DNA of 63,065 nt, filler included, from Octopus bimaculoides (Eukaryota), in the NCBI RefSeq assembly GCF_001194135.2. It is 5 parts of 5 records of this genome, joined end to end, with 100 filler letters (N's around TTAATTAATTAA, not from the genome) between each part and the next. Parts side by side here need not be neighbours in the genome. Positions count along the whole stretch, not along the records: positions 1 to 22,243 come from NC_068986.1; 4 more parts are not named here. One strand, given 5' to 3'. This document shows positions 1-11,765 of the stretch, piece after piece. The notes under the pieces are model-generated. The model was not told the DNA's origin. It worked only from the letters and a program-made list of their open reading frames with translations, and ran no database searches. Both the position numbers and the translations under genes were made by a program. Position 1 is the stretch's first letter. Every line of letters starts with the position of its first letter.

Positions 1-197
1 ACTTCCAGAAAAATGAATATTTTTTAATGAAATTTTCTATGCATATAGTATTTACTATGTAGAATCCGTATATCCAAAACTTTCCGGTGAAAGTGTTTTG
101 GAATGAGGCGGGGGACAATTTTCGGAAATTCCAACAGAGTCCACTTAAATTCTTCTTAACTTCCAGGAAAATGAATATTTTTTCGTGAAATTTTCTA
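1..197. repeat. 39-bp direct repeat pair (1-39 and 159-197), possibly subterminal repeats of a DNA transposon cut by the window edge
   Basis: acttccagaaaaatgaatattttttaatgaaattttcta vs acttccaggaaaatgaatattttttcgtgaaattttcta, 36/39 identical. Confidence 0.6.
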
Positions 198-537
198 CAA
201 ATATACCTTGATGTATGTACATTTCGAGCATGTAGGAATTTTGAAGGAAACAACTGCAGGTTATTTTTGAGAAGCGTTCCCCACTCGGTGGTGTTTCGGA
301 GCAAGTCGTCCATATTTGTTTCATTTTTCTCTATTATGTGCGCATGTGCATCCGTAGATTTCTTGACAGTGAAGAGAAGCCGTCATAAGAAAACTTTCGT
401 TAAAAATAACATGCACACGATTTTTTTTTCTTAATAGAAGTAAATTCCATAGTAAACGTTTCTAGTATATTTATAATTCTACCTGTATGGTGCTTTATTC
501 TTGTTGGATATTAATATTATTTTAATATTTCTATTTT

Positions 538-563
538 CATACATACATACATACATACATACA

Positions 564-592
<29 letters not shown>
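538..592. repeat. (CATA)n microsatellite
   Basis: perfect tetranucleotide run; one example of dozens of CA, TA, GA, TATC, CATA, AAT and GTT tracts in the window. Confidence 0.98.
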
Positions 593-594
<2 letters not shown>

Positions 595-595
<1 letters not shown>

Positions 596-625
596 GGCAC
601 AGGAGTGGTGGTGTGGTAACAAGCT
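595..625 (+). mobile_element. SINE family A, 5' head fragment
   Basis: ggcacaggagtggtggtgtggtaacaagctt matches the head of the full copy at 3723. Confidence 0.65.
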
Positions 626-1421
626 TCACAGTAGGAAAATAAGTTGGAGTTGTTGATCTGTAAACTAAATGTCTCCCTAATTTCACTTTCTAAGGTATCC
701 TGAAATGGGATCGAATCTTGAACGATGGGGTTGAAAAATGAATGTTCGGATTAAACGATTATGGTTGCACCCAAGCTCCGATTCTCCGAACGAGATATTT
801 ACGATAAGATCATATACGAAAGCGGAAGAAAGTAGGTTTTGTATATTTTTATCTTCATTAATAATTCTGGGCCGGCCCTTCCTTCCTCACGTATCATTCT
901 TTAAGGATCCTTACTGAAGAATCAACCCGAGTTTTGAGTGTTCGCCAACCAGTAGTAATGAAAGGGAGGCAGACGCCATTGATGGTAGAAGATAAAATAA
1001 AAATAAACCGAAATACGCACGTAACATTCTCACGTAGTTGTGGTGACGTCTATGTAAATAAGGAGGCTTATCTTTAAGCAGACATGAAGAAGGTGCAGCC
1101 AGAATACGGGACGGAACTAGAGACTAGACCAGCTTCACTCCTAATTTCTATCTACTAGAAATTCCAATAAAAGAAATGCCGTTTATATCCTTTAACATTA
1201 CTTTTAGGTTGTTGACTTCCAAATCCCACACAACTCTGCTCCCGACTATTCACATCATACTTCAAATTTCAAGCAATTTTCTTGTAATAACGCCGAGTAA
1301 AATTTGTTTAGATTAATTCAGAAGCNNNNNNNNNNNNNNNNNNNNNNNNNNNNNNNNNNNNNNNNNNNNNNNNNNNNNNNNNNNNNNNNNNNNNNNNNNN
1401 NNNNNNNNNNNNNNNNNNNNN

Positions 1422-1479
<58 letters not shown>

Positions 1480-1482
<3 letters not shown>

Positions 1483-1690
1483 CAGTGTTTGTCCCGCCCA
1501 CCACTTGACAACCGGTATTGGTGTATCTACGTCTCCCTAAACTAGCGGTTCGGCAAAAGAGACTGATAGATTAAGTACCAAGCTTTAAAAAGAAGAAGTA
1601 CAGGTGTCAATTCATTCTACTGAAAATTCTTCCCGGCAGTACCCCAGCATGGCCGCAGTCTAATGACTGATACAAGTAAAGGATAACAGA
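1480..1690 (+). mobile_element. SINE family A, 3' half (head probably in the upstream gap)
   Basis: gtgtttgtcc...cttgacaaccggt...gcggttcggcaaaagagactgataga...cagcatggccgcagtctaatgactga, collinear with 3940-4140. Confidence 0.85.
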
Positions 1691-1860
1691 TCAGGACATA
1701 TTTCGTGCACGAAACTTGAATTTTCCACTCGAGTCAAATATAAGAAGCTACTCCAAATCGTGTTGAGAATACCGCTTAAGTAGAGTCAAGACCGGCGTGT
1801 TGGTACAGGCATCGAGTCGTATTAGTTGCAATAATATTGAAGTTAAACCAAACAGTGGTA

Positions 1861-2030
1861 TTTTGAAATCATTTAATACGTATGTTTCAAGTCTGCGCAT
1901 TATATAATTGGAAATGCATCCATTACGTAAGATCTTTCTCAGTTAAAGCATTGAAATGTCTTACGTAATGAATGCATTTCCTATTATGTATTACACAAAG
2001 CTGAAACGTACGTATTGAATGATTTGAAAA
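1861..2030. mobile_element. MITE-like foldback, 72-bp inverted arms, TA on both flanks (Tc1/mariner-type)
   Basis: arms 1861-1932 and 1959-2030 match 60/72 as reverse complements; 26-bp spacer; TA at 1859-1860 and 2031-2032. Confidence 0.7.
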
Positions 2031-2073
2031 TATTTTTATTTGGGCTGACTTCATTATTATAATATGTATAAAA

Positions 2074-2285
2074 GTGGTGAGCTGGCAGAATCGTTAGCAC
2101 GCCGGGAAAAATACTTAGCGGCATATTGTCCGCCTTTACATTCTGAGTTCAAATTCCGCCGAGGTCGACTTTGCCTTTCATCCTTTGGAGTCGATAAAAT
2201 AAGTGCAAGTTGAGCACTGCGGTCGATGTAATCGACTCAGTCCCTGCCTCGAAATTCCTAACCTTGTGCCAAAATTTGAAACAAT
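2074..2285 (+). mobile_element. SINE family B (tRNA-like head, central domain resembling the Meta/MESC SINE domain)
   Basis: gagctggcagaatcgttagc head, B-box-like gagttcaaattcc, body gtcgactttgcctttcatcctttggagtcgataaaataagt; at least 8 related copies in the window. Confidence 0.85.
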
Positions 2286-2460
2286 AATTACAACATCTTT
2301 ATCTAAATACATCTATCTATCTCTGAACTACAAACGGATCGAAAAGGAAATGGGATCACATTTAAACCTCACATAAGTGGCTAGAATATAAACTTCGGAT
2401 AGACTTTTTGAAGTGTTATATTTCAAAGTGTGGGTTTTGTCTGCGCTATGTGGTAGCTCA

Positions 2461-2845
2461 GTGGAGGCGCAATGGCCCAGTGGTTAGGGCAGCGGACTCG
2501 CGGTCATAGAATCGCGGTTTCGATTCCCAGACCGGGCGTTGTGAGTGTTTATTGAACGAAAACACCTGAAGTACCACAAGGCTCCGGCAGGGGATGATGA
2601 CGAACCCTGCTGTACTCTTTCACCACAACTTTCTCTCACTCTTACTTCCTGTTTCTGTTGTGCTTGTAATTCAAAGGGTCAGCCTTGTCACACTGTGTCA
2701 CGATGAATATCTTCGAGAACTGCGTTAAGGATACACATGTCTGTGGAGTGCTCAGCCACTTGCACGTTAATTTCACGAGCAGGCTGTTCCGTTGATCGGA
2801 TCAACTGGAACCCTCGTCGTCGTAAGCGACGGAGTGCCAACAGCA
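2461..2845 (+). mobile_element. SINE family C, full length, with 13-bp target-site duplication
   Basis: A box tggcccagtgg, B box ggtttcgattccc; atgtggtagctca at 2448-2460 and 2846-2858. Confidence 0.92.
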
Positions 2846-3394
2846 ATGTGGTAGCTCAATAGGCCAACCACCTCTAATTTACGATTCGTTCTAATAATAT
2901 TGACCATGAGAGGATGGATGCCAAAGTTTGATTCTGACACGATTTGAACTCAAAATATGAAAGAAACAGGCTAAATGCAGTATCCACTTTTTTTGCTTGA
3001 CAGCGTACTTGTCATTTGGTTCGAGTCTCAAGGACGGATTATTGGTAGAGAGTTAAACACAATCTGTTGTTTGGTTCAGAATTGAAGAATTTAATAGTGC
3101 TGAAATATTGATGGCATCGAAGAGAATGGAAAATCTAAAAGTCTTTCATCTCAAAATCCCCGAAGTAGCGAAGGTTTGAAGATAATAAATCGATTTGTTC
3201 TTTCCCGTTCAGTGATTAAATCGTGAAAACACGGCTTACAATGATATAATAAATAAAATAAAATAAAATAAAATAAAAAGTGTATAAATATCATAAAATC
3301 AATGAGTATCATCCGAACCATTAAACGTTAAACTCCAATCACAAGTGAAAGCATTCGATAGATCTTTAACCAGTCTTTTGTCTTTATCTGATGT

Positions 3395-3530
3395 TGTTTA
3401 GCCACAGGTCAATCCTGACCGACCTCGGATCAAATGCATTCCACGAATTTTTCTTCAGACATAGTGTTTCCAAGACGACATTATCCAATGTATTCAGTAC
3501 AAATAACGGAGATTTGGCTGTTGTTTCTTG
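3395..3530 (+). repeat. old dispersed repeat family (SINE-body-like), decayed
   Basis: motifs tgttgtttagcc...gatcaaa.gcattcca and gatttgagggagatttggctgctatttc recur degenerately near 3650, 6495, 12870-13070(-), 26130, 30560-30710(-), 31050, 31640-31830(-), 38740, 53080, 60130. Confidence 0.55.
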
Positions 3531-3722
3531 CAGCTGGAACTACTTATAATCATCCCTGTTCGTTCGTTTATTTTCATCTTGTATAAGTGGGTGGGTTAGG
3601 GGTACCCGTACTCAACCTCTACGGATTTTTAATAAGTTATTCTTTGCTGCTGATGTTTAGCCCTAAGTTCGTCCCATTCTAGCAGACTAATGATCGAAGG
3701 CATTCCATCCGTAGCAGTCCCA

Positions 3723-3885
3723 GGCGCAGGAGTGGCTGTGTGGTAAGTAGCTTGCTTACCAACCACATGGTTCCGGGTTCAGTCCCACTGCCTGGCACCT
3801 TGGGCAAGTGTCTTCTACTATAGCCTCGGGCCGACCAAAGCCTTGTGAGTGGATTTGGTAGACGGAAACTGAAAGAAGCCCGTCG

Positions 3886-3926
<41 letters not shown>

Positions 3927-4140
3927 ATGTGTGTGTGTGCTTGTGTTTGTCCTTCCAACATCGCTTGACAACCGATGCTGGTGTGTTTACGTCTCTGTAA
4001 CTTAGCGGTTCGGCAAAAGAGACCGATAGAATAAGTACTAGGCTTCCAAAGAATAAGTCCTGGGGTCGATTTGTTCGACAAAAGGCGGTGTTCCAGCATG
4101 GCCGCATTCAAATGAATGAAACAAGTAAAAGAGTAAAAGA
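3723..4140 (+). mobile_element. SINE family A, full length (tRNA head, CORE-like segment, internal microsatellite, LINE-derived tail)
   Basis: A box tggctgtgtgg, B box ggttcagtccc, caccttgggcaagtgtctt (CORE-like), (TA)n(TG)n interior, tail ggcggtgttccagcatggccgc...gaaacaagtaaaagagtaaaaga. Confidence 0.92.
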
Positions 4141-5361
4141 GTGTGTTTTGGACTTAATCACCCAATGTGTCTTATTCGATATGGAGGATGGGTTTACGGC
4201 CATAAACTTCGAAGTTCCGCCCAAACCGGTGAAAGTGGTGTTTTCGGTGCAAAATGGGGGAGAAACGGAATTTCGGAGGACTGAGGAGGAAGGACTGGTC
4301 GTAGCGATTAGCGGTGAGGCTAAGGGGATTGACCCAGGATGAGGAGAAATGGGTGTTCTGAAGACCAGAGGTCATTGTGGCATGAATAGAAGAGCCTTAT
4401 CTTGTTTGTATTTGTGAGTCATAGCCCTGCATTTCAAACGGGTGGTCTTCTTTGGGGTGTCGTCTGCAATGTTTGTATATGGAACTGCAATTTCGTCAAA
4501 GACGGAGGAACAGTGAACTATTGTGAGTCTCACCACTTCTGCTTTNNNNNNNNNNNNNNNNNNNNNNNNNNNNNNNNNNNNNNNNNNNNNNNNNNNNNNN
4601 NNNNNNNNNNNNNNNNNNNNNNNNNNNNNNNNNNNNNNNNNNNNNNNNNNNNNNNNNNNNNNNNNNNNNNNNNNNNNNNNNNNNNNNNNNNNNNNNNNNN
4701 NNNNNNNNNNNNNNNNNNNNNNNNNNNNNNNNNNNNNNNNNNNNNNNNNNNNNNNNNNNNNNNNNNNNNNNNNNNNNNNNNNNNNNNNNNNNNNNNNNNN
4801 NNNNNNNNNNNNNNNNNNNNNNNNNNNNNNNNNNNNNNNNNNNNNNNNGGGGGAGAGAGAAAGGGGGGGGGAGGCTATGACTATGCGGTGGGAGAAAGTA
4901 TATTAAACGATTGGAGCAAGATTAGATTTGATAAAATCTTCAGAGACAAGATCTCTTTTTTTTAGTTTGGAAGTAAGATTAGGGGTCATGACCTTTATTG
5001 TTGGGTGCAAAGAAGGGAGGATGAAGTTATCCTCTGAAGGAGACTCTGTCTACACTGTTTTGCAACAGAGTTGACTCCATTAAGTAAGTGAAAGCATTCA
5101 AAAGATCTTTTACCAGTCTTTTGTTTTTATCTGATGTTGTTTCGCCACAAAATCCAAACAGTGATGGCATTAGACTAGGCGAAGACAAATTAAGTCTACG
5201 ACTTAATTCCGTCCCGTCTATTCATCTACCCATTTTGACCACAGGGCTATCGAAACTTGAACCATTTGACTGAGAAACGAACCATCAGTGTGTGTTTGCC
5301 TTTCCAGTGCCAACTGAGTCGCCAAACAAGTTCGACGAATTATTAACAATACATTTCGATC

Positions 5362-5505
5362 TCAGTTCAAATTCCGCCGAGGTCGACTTTGCCTTTCAGC
5401 CTTTCGGAGGTCGATAAAGTAAGTACCAGTTGCGTACTGGAGTCGATCTAATCGACTTCCCCCTCCCCAAAATTTTGGACTTTGTGCCTACAATAGAAAA
5501 GAATA
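5362..5505 (+). mobile_element. SINE family B, 5'-truncated
   Basis: tcagttcaaattccgccgaggtcgactttgcctttc...ggagtcgatctaatcgac...gtgcctacaatagaaaag. Confidence 0.85.
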
Positions 5506-6599
5506 TTTTAACATTTAAATCGTGTTGTATCACATTCAGTTGAGTAACATTAAACCTATATCTCTCTCTATCTCTCTTTCTATCTCTCTCCCTCTCTCGG
5601 TCGTTTTTCAATGGCGCCCCTGGAATTTTAAAATGTGCATTTTAAAACTTTAGAAAGTCCGTGCTAATGCTGGTTTTATTTACAATTTTCCTTTGTGATG
5701 AATGTGGTAAACAAAATAAGACAGACAATGGTTTGCCATACTTTTTGCGAAATTTTAAACTTTAAAGCAGTTTTTCAAAACAATTTCTTTGCGTAGTGTG
5801 TCCGTTAATTTTGTACATTGGATTTCCGAGAGGGAGAGAAAGAAAGACATACAGAATGAGAGACAGACAGACAGAGACAGAGGAAGAGAGGGTGAGAGAG
5901 AATTAGGGAGGGGGAAAGAGAGTGAGAGAGAGAGAAAGAGAAAGAGGGTAGGGAAGAGAGAGAAAGTGGAGAGGGAGAGAAGGGGCAGACGAAAAATCGT
6001 CTCAGTAGCGACCAGCAAAAACGTTAGTTGACAAATCTCTTAGTATAAGGCTGCAAGTGTACGTTATTGACAAGGCTTAACAATGCCGAAATGCATCTAG
6101 TATACTGGCTAAACGCTGCTGGGAGACGAGTTTTCGTCTGTTTCCGATATGCATCGCCTTTTTAAACACAATACATCCATAACAGATGTTATCTATGGAT
6201 GAATACCGCAGTAAATTTGCCTTTCAACGATGTATTTACGATAAATATGTTACACAGATGGCAATTTTAATTTAACACTGCTTCACTTGCAGATACCCAA
6301 GCTACAATATTTGTAATAAGTTGTTGTAAAAACAAGATTATTAAAAAAAAAACACTGGTGGTAGAATAATTTATTGCGCATCAAATCAATTATCTAATTT
6401 TAATTAATTGTTTAATTAATAAAGGGAAATATTTTACAGCGTGGAAGGTGTTTATACGCCATTTAAGAAACACACAAAATCCATCAGTGTAGAATGTGAT
6501 TTGAGGGAAATTTGGTAGCTATTTCTTGCAGATCTGACGGTACTTTGAGGTTCTTTTATTGAGAGTAAGAGATAATATATATTAGATATATATAAATAT

Positions 6600-6751
6600 C
6601 TGTGTGGCAAGAAGCTTGCTTCCCAACTACATGGTACCGGGTTCAATCCCACTGCATGGTACCTTGGGCAAGTGTCTTCTACTATAGACTCGAGCCGACT
6701 AAAGCCTTGTGAGTGGATTTGGTAGATGGAAACTGAAAGAAGACCGTCGTA

Positions 6752-6786
<35 letters not shown>

Positions 6787-6823
6787 NNNNNNNNNNGATG
6801 GAAACTGAAAGAAGACCGTCGTA

Positions 6824-6875
<52 letters not shown>

Positions 6876-7177
6876 CATCTATCTATCTATCTGCTTGCCT
6901 GCTTGTCTGTTTGTCTGTCTGTCTGTCTGTATGTATGTATGCATGTATGTATGTATGTATTTGTGTGTCTGAGTTTGTCCCGCACCATCGCTTGACGATT
7001 GATGTTGCTGTGTTTACGTCCCTGTAACTTAGCAGTTCGGCAAAAGATGTGGATACAATAAGTAATAGGCTTGCAAAGAATAAATCCTGGGATCGACTTG
7101 TTCGACAAAAGGTGGTGCTCCAGCATGGCCTCAGCCAAATGACTGAAACAAGTAAAAGAATAAAAGAATAAAAGAAT
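6600..7177 (+). mobile_element. SINE family A with (TATC)(TGTC)(TATG) interior, spanning a small gap
   Basis: head and tail collinear with 3723-4140; tail ends in (TAAAAGAA)n. Confidence 0.9.
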
Positions 7178-7847
7178 TTTACCTGGGTGCATATCTGTAT
7201 AAAACAGGTCCCTAGTTTACCTGTTGTCGTTTCTAACTTATAAATACATGTGCACACATACACAGATACGCACGTGCACACACACACACACACGCACGCG
7301 CACACGTCCTCGCGCAAATCTATCAACAAACCCCTCTTATTTAACAAGGTACATACCTGCCTACCTACATACCTGAATGATTACCAACTTATCTACCAAC
7401 CTACCTACCTACCTATCTACCTAGTCGCATACGTGTGTGCGTGCGTGCGCCAGCGTCCGCGCGCTCGCGCTCGCGCGCGTGTGTACGTGTGTCCGCGTGT
7501 ATCCTGCGCTTGTTTGTACATCTACCTACCTATCCAGCTAGCTACGTAGCAATCAAAATACCTGGCCAGGTAACTACCAATCTACCTACCAACTTATTTT
7601 ACCCACCCACATACCTCCCTCCTCCCTCCCTACCTACCTTCAGTTCAACATTTCAAACGGGCAGGTGGGCGCCTATTTTATATTTTAAAAGGTCAAACAA
7701 GAAATCTTTTCACCTGGAAAGACTCGACAGCAGGTGCAACAGAGACTCTACTGAATTTATGTGCTTTCCTTGTTTTACTTTTATGCCACCTCTGTTATTG
7801 TTGTTGTTGTTGTGGTGGTGGTTGTTTTGTAGCAAAATGCGTATGAT

Positions 7848-7883
<36 letters not shown>

Positions 7884-8359
7884 NNNNNNNNNNNNNNNNN
7901 NNNNNNNNNNNNNNNNNNNNNNNNNNNNNNNNNNNNNNNNNNNNNNNNNNNNNNNNNNNNNNNNNNNNNNNNNNNNNNNNNNNNNNNNNNNNNNNNNNNN
8001 NNNNNNNNNNNNNNNNNNNNNNNNNNNNNNNNNNNNNNNNNNNNNNNNNNNNNNNNNNNNNNNNNNNNNNNNNNNNNNNNNNNNNNNNNNNNNNNNNNNN
8101 NNNNNNNNNNNNNNNNNNNNNNNNNNNNNNNNNNNNNNNNNTATATATATATACATAGAGATCCATATATACATATTTACATACATATACATACATAGAT
8201 ACTTATATCCCCACATACACATGTCTATACACAGACATATGTATATGTGTGTATATAATACTTACATACATGTGCGTGTGTATACATATATATATACATG
8301 TATATATATGCTTATATGCATACATAAATTCATACACATGAATATGTCTGTATGTAGCT

Positions 8360-8398
<39 letters not shown>

Positions 8399-8996
8399 TG
8401 TCTGTCTGCTTGTCTATCTATTTATCTATCTATCTATCTATCTATCTATCCATCTGTATCTATCTGACTATTAACGCATGCGCGCACCCAGGTACATACA
8501 TTTACGTCTATCAGTTATGCGCGCGCGTATATACGTGTGCCCGCTCGCTCGTACGTGTGTGTGTGTGTGTATGTGTATGATTGCACACACACACACAAGC
8601 ACGCGCGCGCGCACACACTATGCCTGCTGTTTGTCGAATAGTGTGAGCCGGTCCCCTGCCTCAGAGCTGTAGTTGTAGCTGCACGTCTTTGTTTCCCTCC
8701 GTCCCAGACATTGTACGCAAGCGACACACGGCTTTTGTAGCGATTGGGAACAAGCGGTTTCTATACCATCCTCCTTCCATGTCATTTAAGAAGCTTAGTC
8801 AACCAACCTGGTCGGCTTTTATACTCCTCCGCTCTCTCGCTCTCTCACTCTTTCTCTCTCGTTCACACCTCCTTCTTTCTCTATAAGTATATCTATGTGT
8901 GTGTGTGTGTGTGAATGTATATCTATCACTCTGTCTCCCTCTCTCTATCAATCAAACTATCTATCAATCACCCTCTGTCTTTCTCTCTCGATATTA

Positions 8997-9200
8997 CTTT
9001 TATTCTTTACTCTTTTACTTAAGTCATTTGACTGCGGCCATGCTAGATCACCGACTTCAGTCGAGCAAATCGACCCCAGGACTTATTCTTTGTGAGCCTA
9101 GTACTTATTCTATCGGTCTATATTGCCGAACTGCTAAGTTATGGGGGAAACCAGCATCGGCTGTCAAGCGATGTTGGGGGACAAACACAGACACAAACAT
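8997..9200 (-). mobile_element. SINE family A, 3' half
   Basis: reverse complement of family A body and tail (gtcatttgactgcggccatgct...). Confidence 0.88.
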
Positions 9201-9226
9201 ATATACACACACACATCCATACATAC

Positions 9227-9271
<45 letters not shown>

Positions 9272-9565
9272 NNNNNNNNNNNNNNNNNNNNNNNNNNNNN
9301 NNNNNNNNNNNNNNNNNNNNNNNNNNNNNNNNNNNNNNNNNNNNNNNNNNNNNNNNNNNNNNNNNNNNNNNNNNNNNNNNNNNNNNNNNNNNNNNNNNNN
9401 NNNNNNNNNNNNNNNNNNNNNNNNNNNNNNNNNNNNNNNNNNNNNNNNNNNNNNNNNNNNNNNNNNNNNNNNNNNNNNNNNNNNNNNNNNNNNNNNNNNN
9501 NNNNNNNNNNNNNNNAATATTAGGGACAAAATCCAAAATTACAGGTAAAAACTCAATTAAAATCA

Positions 9566-9604
<39 letters not shown>

Positions 9605-10169
9605 GACCAAACTTTCCTGTCACATACATATTTGAATCAAATTGACATGTTTATATTATAAAGCTATTTTTAAAATTAAAAACGTTATATTTTATATTAA
9701 GGGTGTTCTGCAATTTGAAAAAGTATAAAATATTAGTTGAATAAACGCACAAGACTAAGCGCGTGTTTTCTTTTCACCGTTTTTCTGATGGAGGCAGAAT
9801 GTTAACTTGCTTCCCTTTTCCTATGTAAGTGTCACATAACAAGGTAAGATTATATATATCATAGATATTGCGAGATGACAGAAACTTAATCCAAGCGGTT
9901 AGCATCTAAAACTAGAAAAAAAGCTGTCTTTTGTGGCATTTTTATCAGAAAAAATGTTAAAAGGGTGCAACAGCTCGTGTTGCTTCCATTGCAAGATTTT
10001 TGGTGTCGTCTGCCACTGCATCTTGTCTCATGCTAATTCCAACAATAAGTTAGAAGCATATGATGTCATGTAGTTTATATTAACTTTACAGAACGATCTT
10101 TGGAAAAATAATGTAGTTTCAATTTTGTTTCTATCATTTTTAAGGGAAGCATTGATTCCTTTCCTTCCA

Positions 10170-10372
10170 TGGACCGCACGTCTATGATAATATATGTATA
10201 TTGCTCGAAATACGGAGTAGAAAAACAGCCGACAACTGATGAATGATCGTCCTCCATGTTGCCTGTCTTGTTTTCCATTTGTTTCTTTCCTTGTTCGCAA
10301 AAAAATATTCATATTCCAAGTTTTCGTATTTCATGTTGTTTACATTCTGTGATGTCCTGTGCCCATATATGC
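10170..10372 (+). mobile_element. Penelope-like element terminal segment with hammerhead-like remnants
   Basis: gctcGAAA..ggagtag...cagccgacaaCTGATGA...gttgcctgtcttgtttt...gatgtcctgtgcccat shared with 12015-12205 and 18558-18720; PLE assignment inferred from the known association of hammerheads with PLE termini. Confidence 0.5.
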
Positions 10373-10446
10373 ATATATATATATGTAAGTATGTACATAT
10401 ATGTATGTATATATGCATATATATATAATATTTATATCATATACAT

Positions 10447-10495
<49 letters not shown>

Positions 10496-10871
10496 CTCTT
10501 TTACTCTTTTACTTGTTTCAGTCATTTGACTGCGGCCATGCTGGAGCACCACCTTTAGTCGAGACCCCAGGACTTATTCTTTGTAAGCCTAGTACTTATT
10601 CTATAGGTCTCTTTTTGCCGAACCGCTAAGTTACGGGTACGTAAACACACCAGCATCGGTTGTCAAGCGATGGTGGGGGGACAAACACAGACACACAAAC
10701 ACACATATATATATATACATATATACGACGGGTTTCTTTCAGTTTCCGTCTACCAAATCCACTGACAAGGCTTTGGTCGGCCCGAGGCTATAGTAGAAGA
10801 CACTTGCCCAAGGTGCCACGCAGTGGGACTGAACCCGGAACCATGTGGTTGGTAAGCAAGCTACTTACCAC
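10496..10871 (-). mobile_element. SINE family A, nearly full length
   Basis: tail at 10496, head (aaccacatggttccgggttcagtccc on minus) at about 10830-10871. Confidence 0.92.
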
Positions 10872-11278
10872 AAATATCGCTGAACAATAATTAACTAACA
10901 TCAATTATTATTTATTATTAATAGATTTAAGTCAATTGTTGTTAATCGATATTTCTCCATTTTCCGTTTGCTTTAAATTTTGATTCTTGATAAACTCATG
11001 GTTATCCTTGTCTTCACCTATAATTTATGGGCATAATATGCTTGCATATGTATGCCTGTGGTTAACCATAGGTAATGTACCAGTAGTGTAATGGATACTT
11101 CTATCCCTTAGGCGGTTATTTTAACCTCTAGCTCAGCTAAACTTATGTGTGTGTGTGTGTGTGTGTACCCACGTCCCATTGTTTGTGCCCGTATGCATGA
11201 ATACGTAAGCGTGTACAAGTATGGAGTGAAAAATACCGGTTTCGTTTTCTGCATTGCATATTACTATCTGTCTATCTA

Positions 11279-11382
<104 letters not shown>

Positions 11383-11458
11383 ACTTTTACTTTCCCTCCC
11401 TTTCTCTCTCTGTGCATATATTTATGTTTACATATATATGTAAACATAAATAAGGACG

Positions 11459-11490
<32 letters not shown>

Positions 11491-11520
11491 GATACATAGA
11501 TACATACATTCATTAATCTA

Positions 11521-11705
11521 CATTATTTACATTGTTTACATTTGATGGATATTTGTCCTCATCGTGCTTGTTGTTAACACAACGTTTCGGCTGATGTACC
11601 CTCCAGCCTTCTGTCCTGGGGAAATTTCGAACCTAGGTTCTCATTCCTAAGGTATTTCTCGATGTTATTATTATTATCATTATCATTATTATTATTATGA
11701 TTATG

Positions 11706-11765
<60 letters not shown>

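Noticed and set aside
2463-2535. tRNA-like sequences at SINE heads (also 44902, 51140-51213, 61840-61913)
   Set aside because: A and B boxes are present but they continue into SINE bodies, some with TSDs, and lack a proper acceptor stem; not tRNA genes
6718-6830. duplicated gatggaaactgaaagaagaccgtcgtatatctatc on both sides of a 10-N gap
   Set aside because: unmerged contig overlap at a microsatellite, not a biological duplication
8780-8880. minus-strand TATAAAAG next to GA repeats as a core promoter
   Set aside because: motif is expected by chance at this AT content and no downstream exon could be identified
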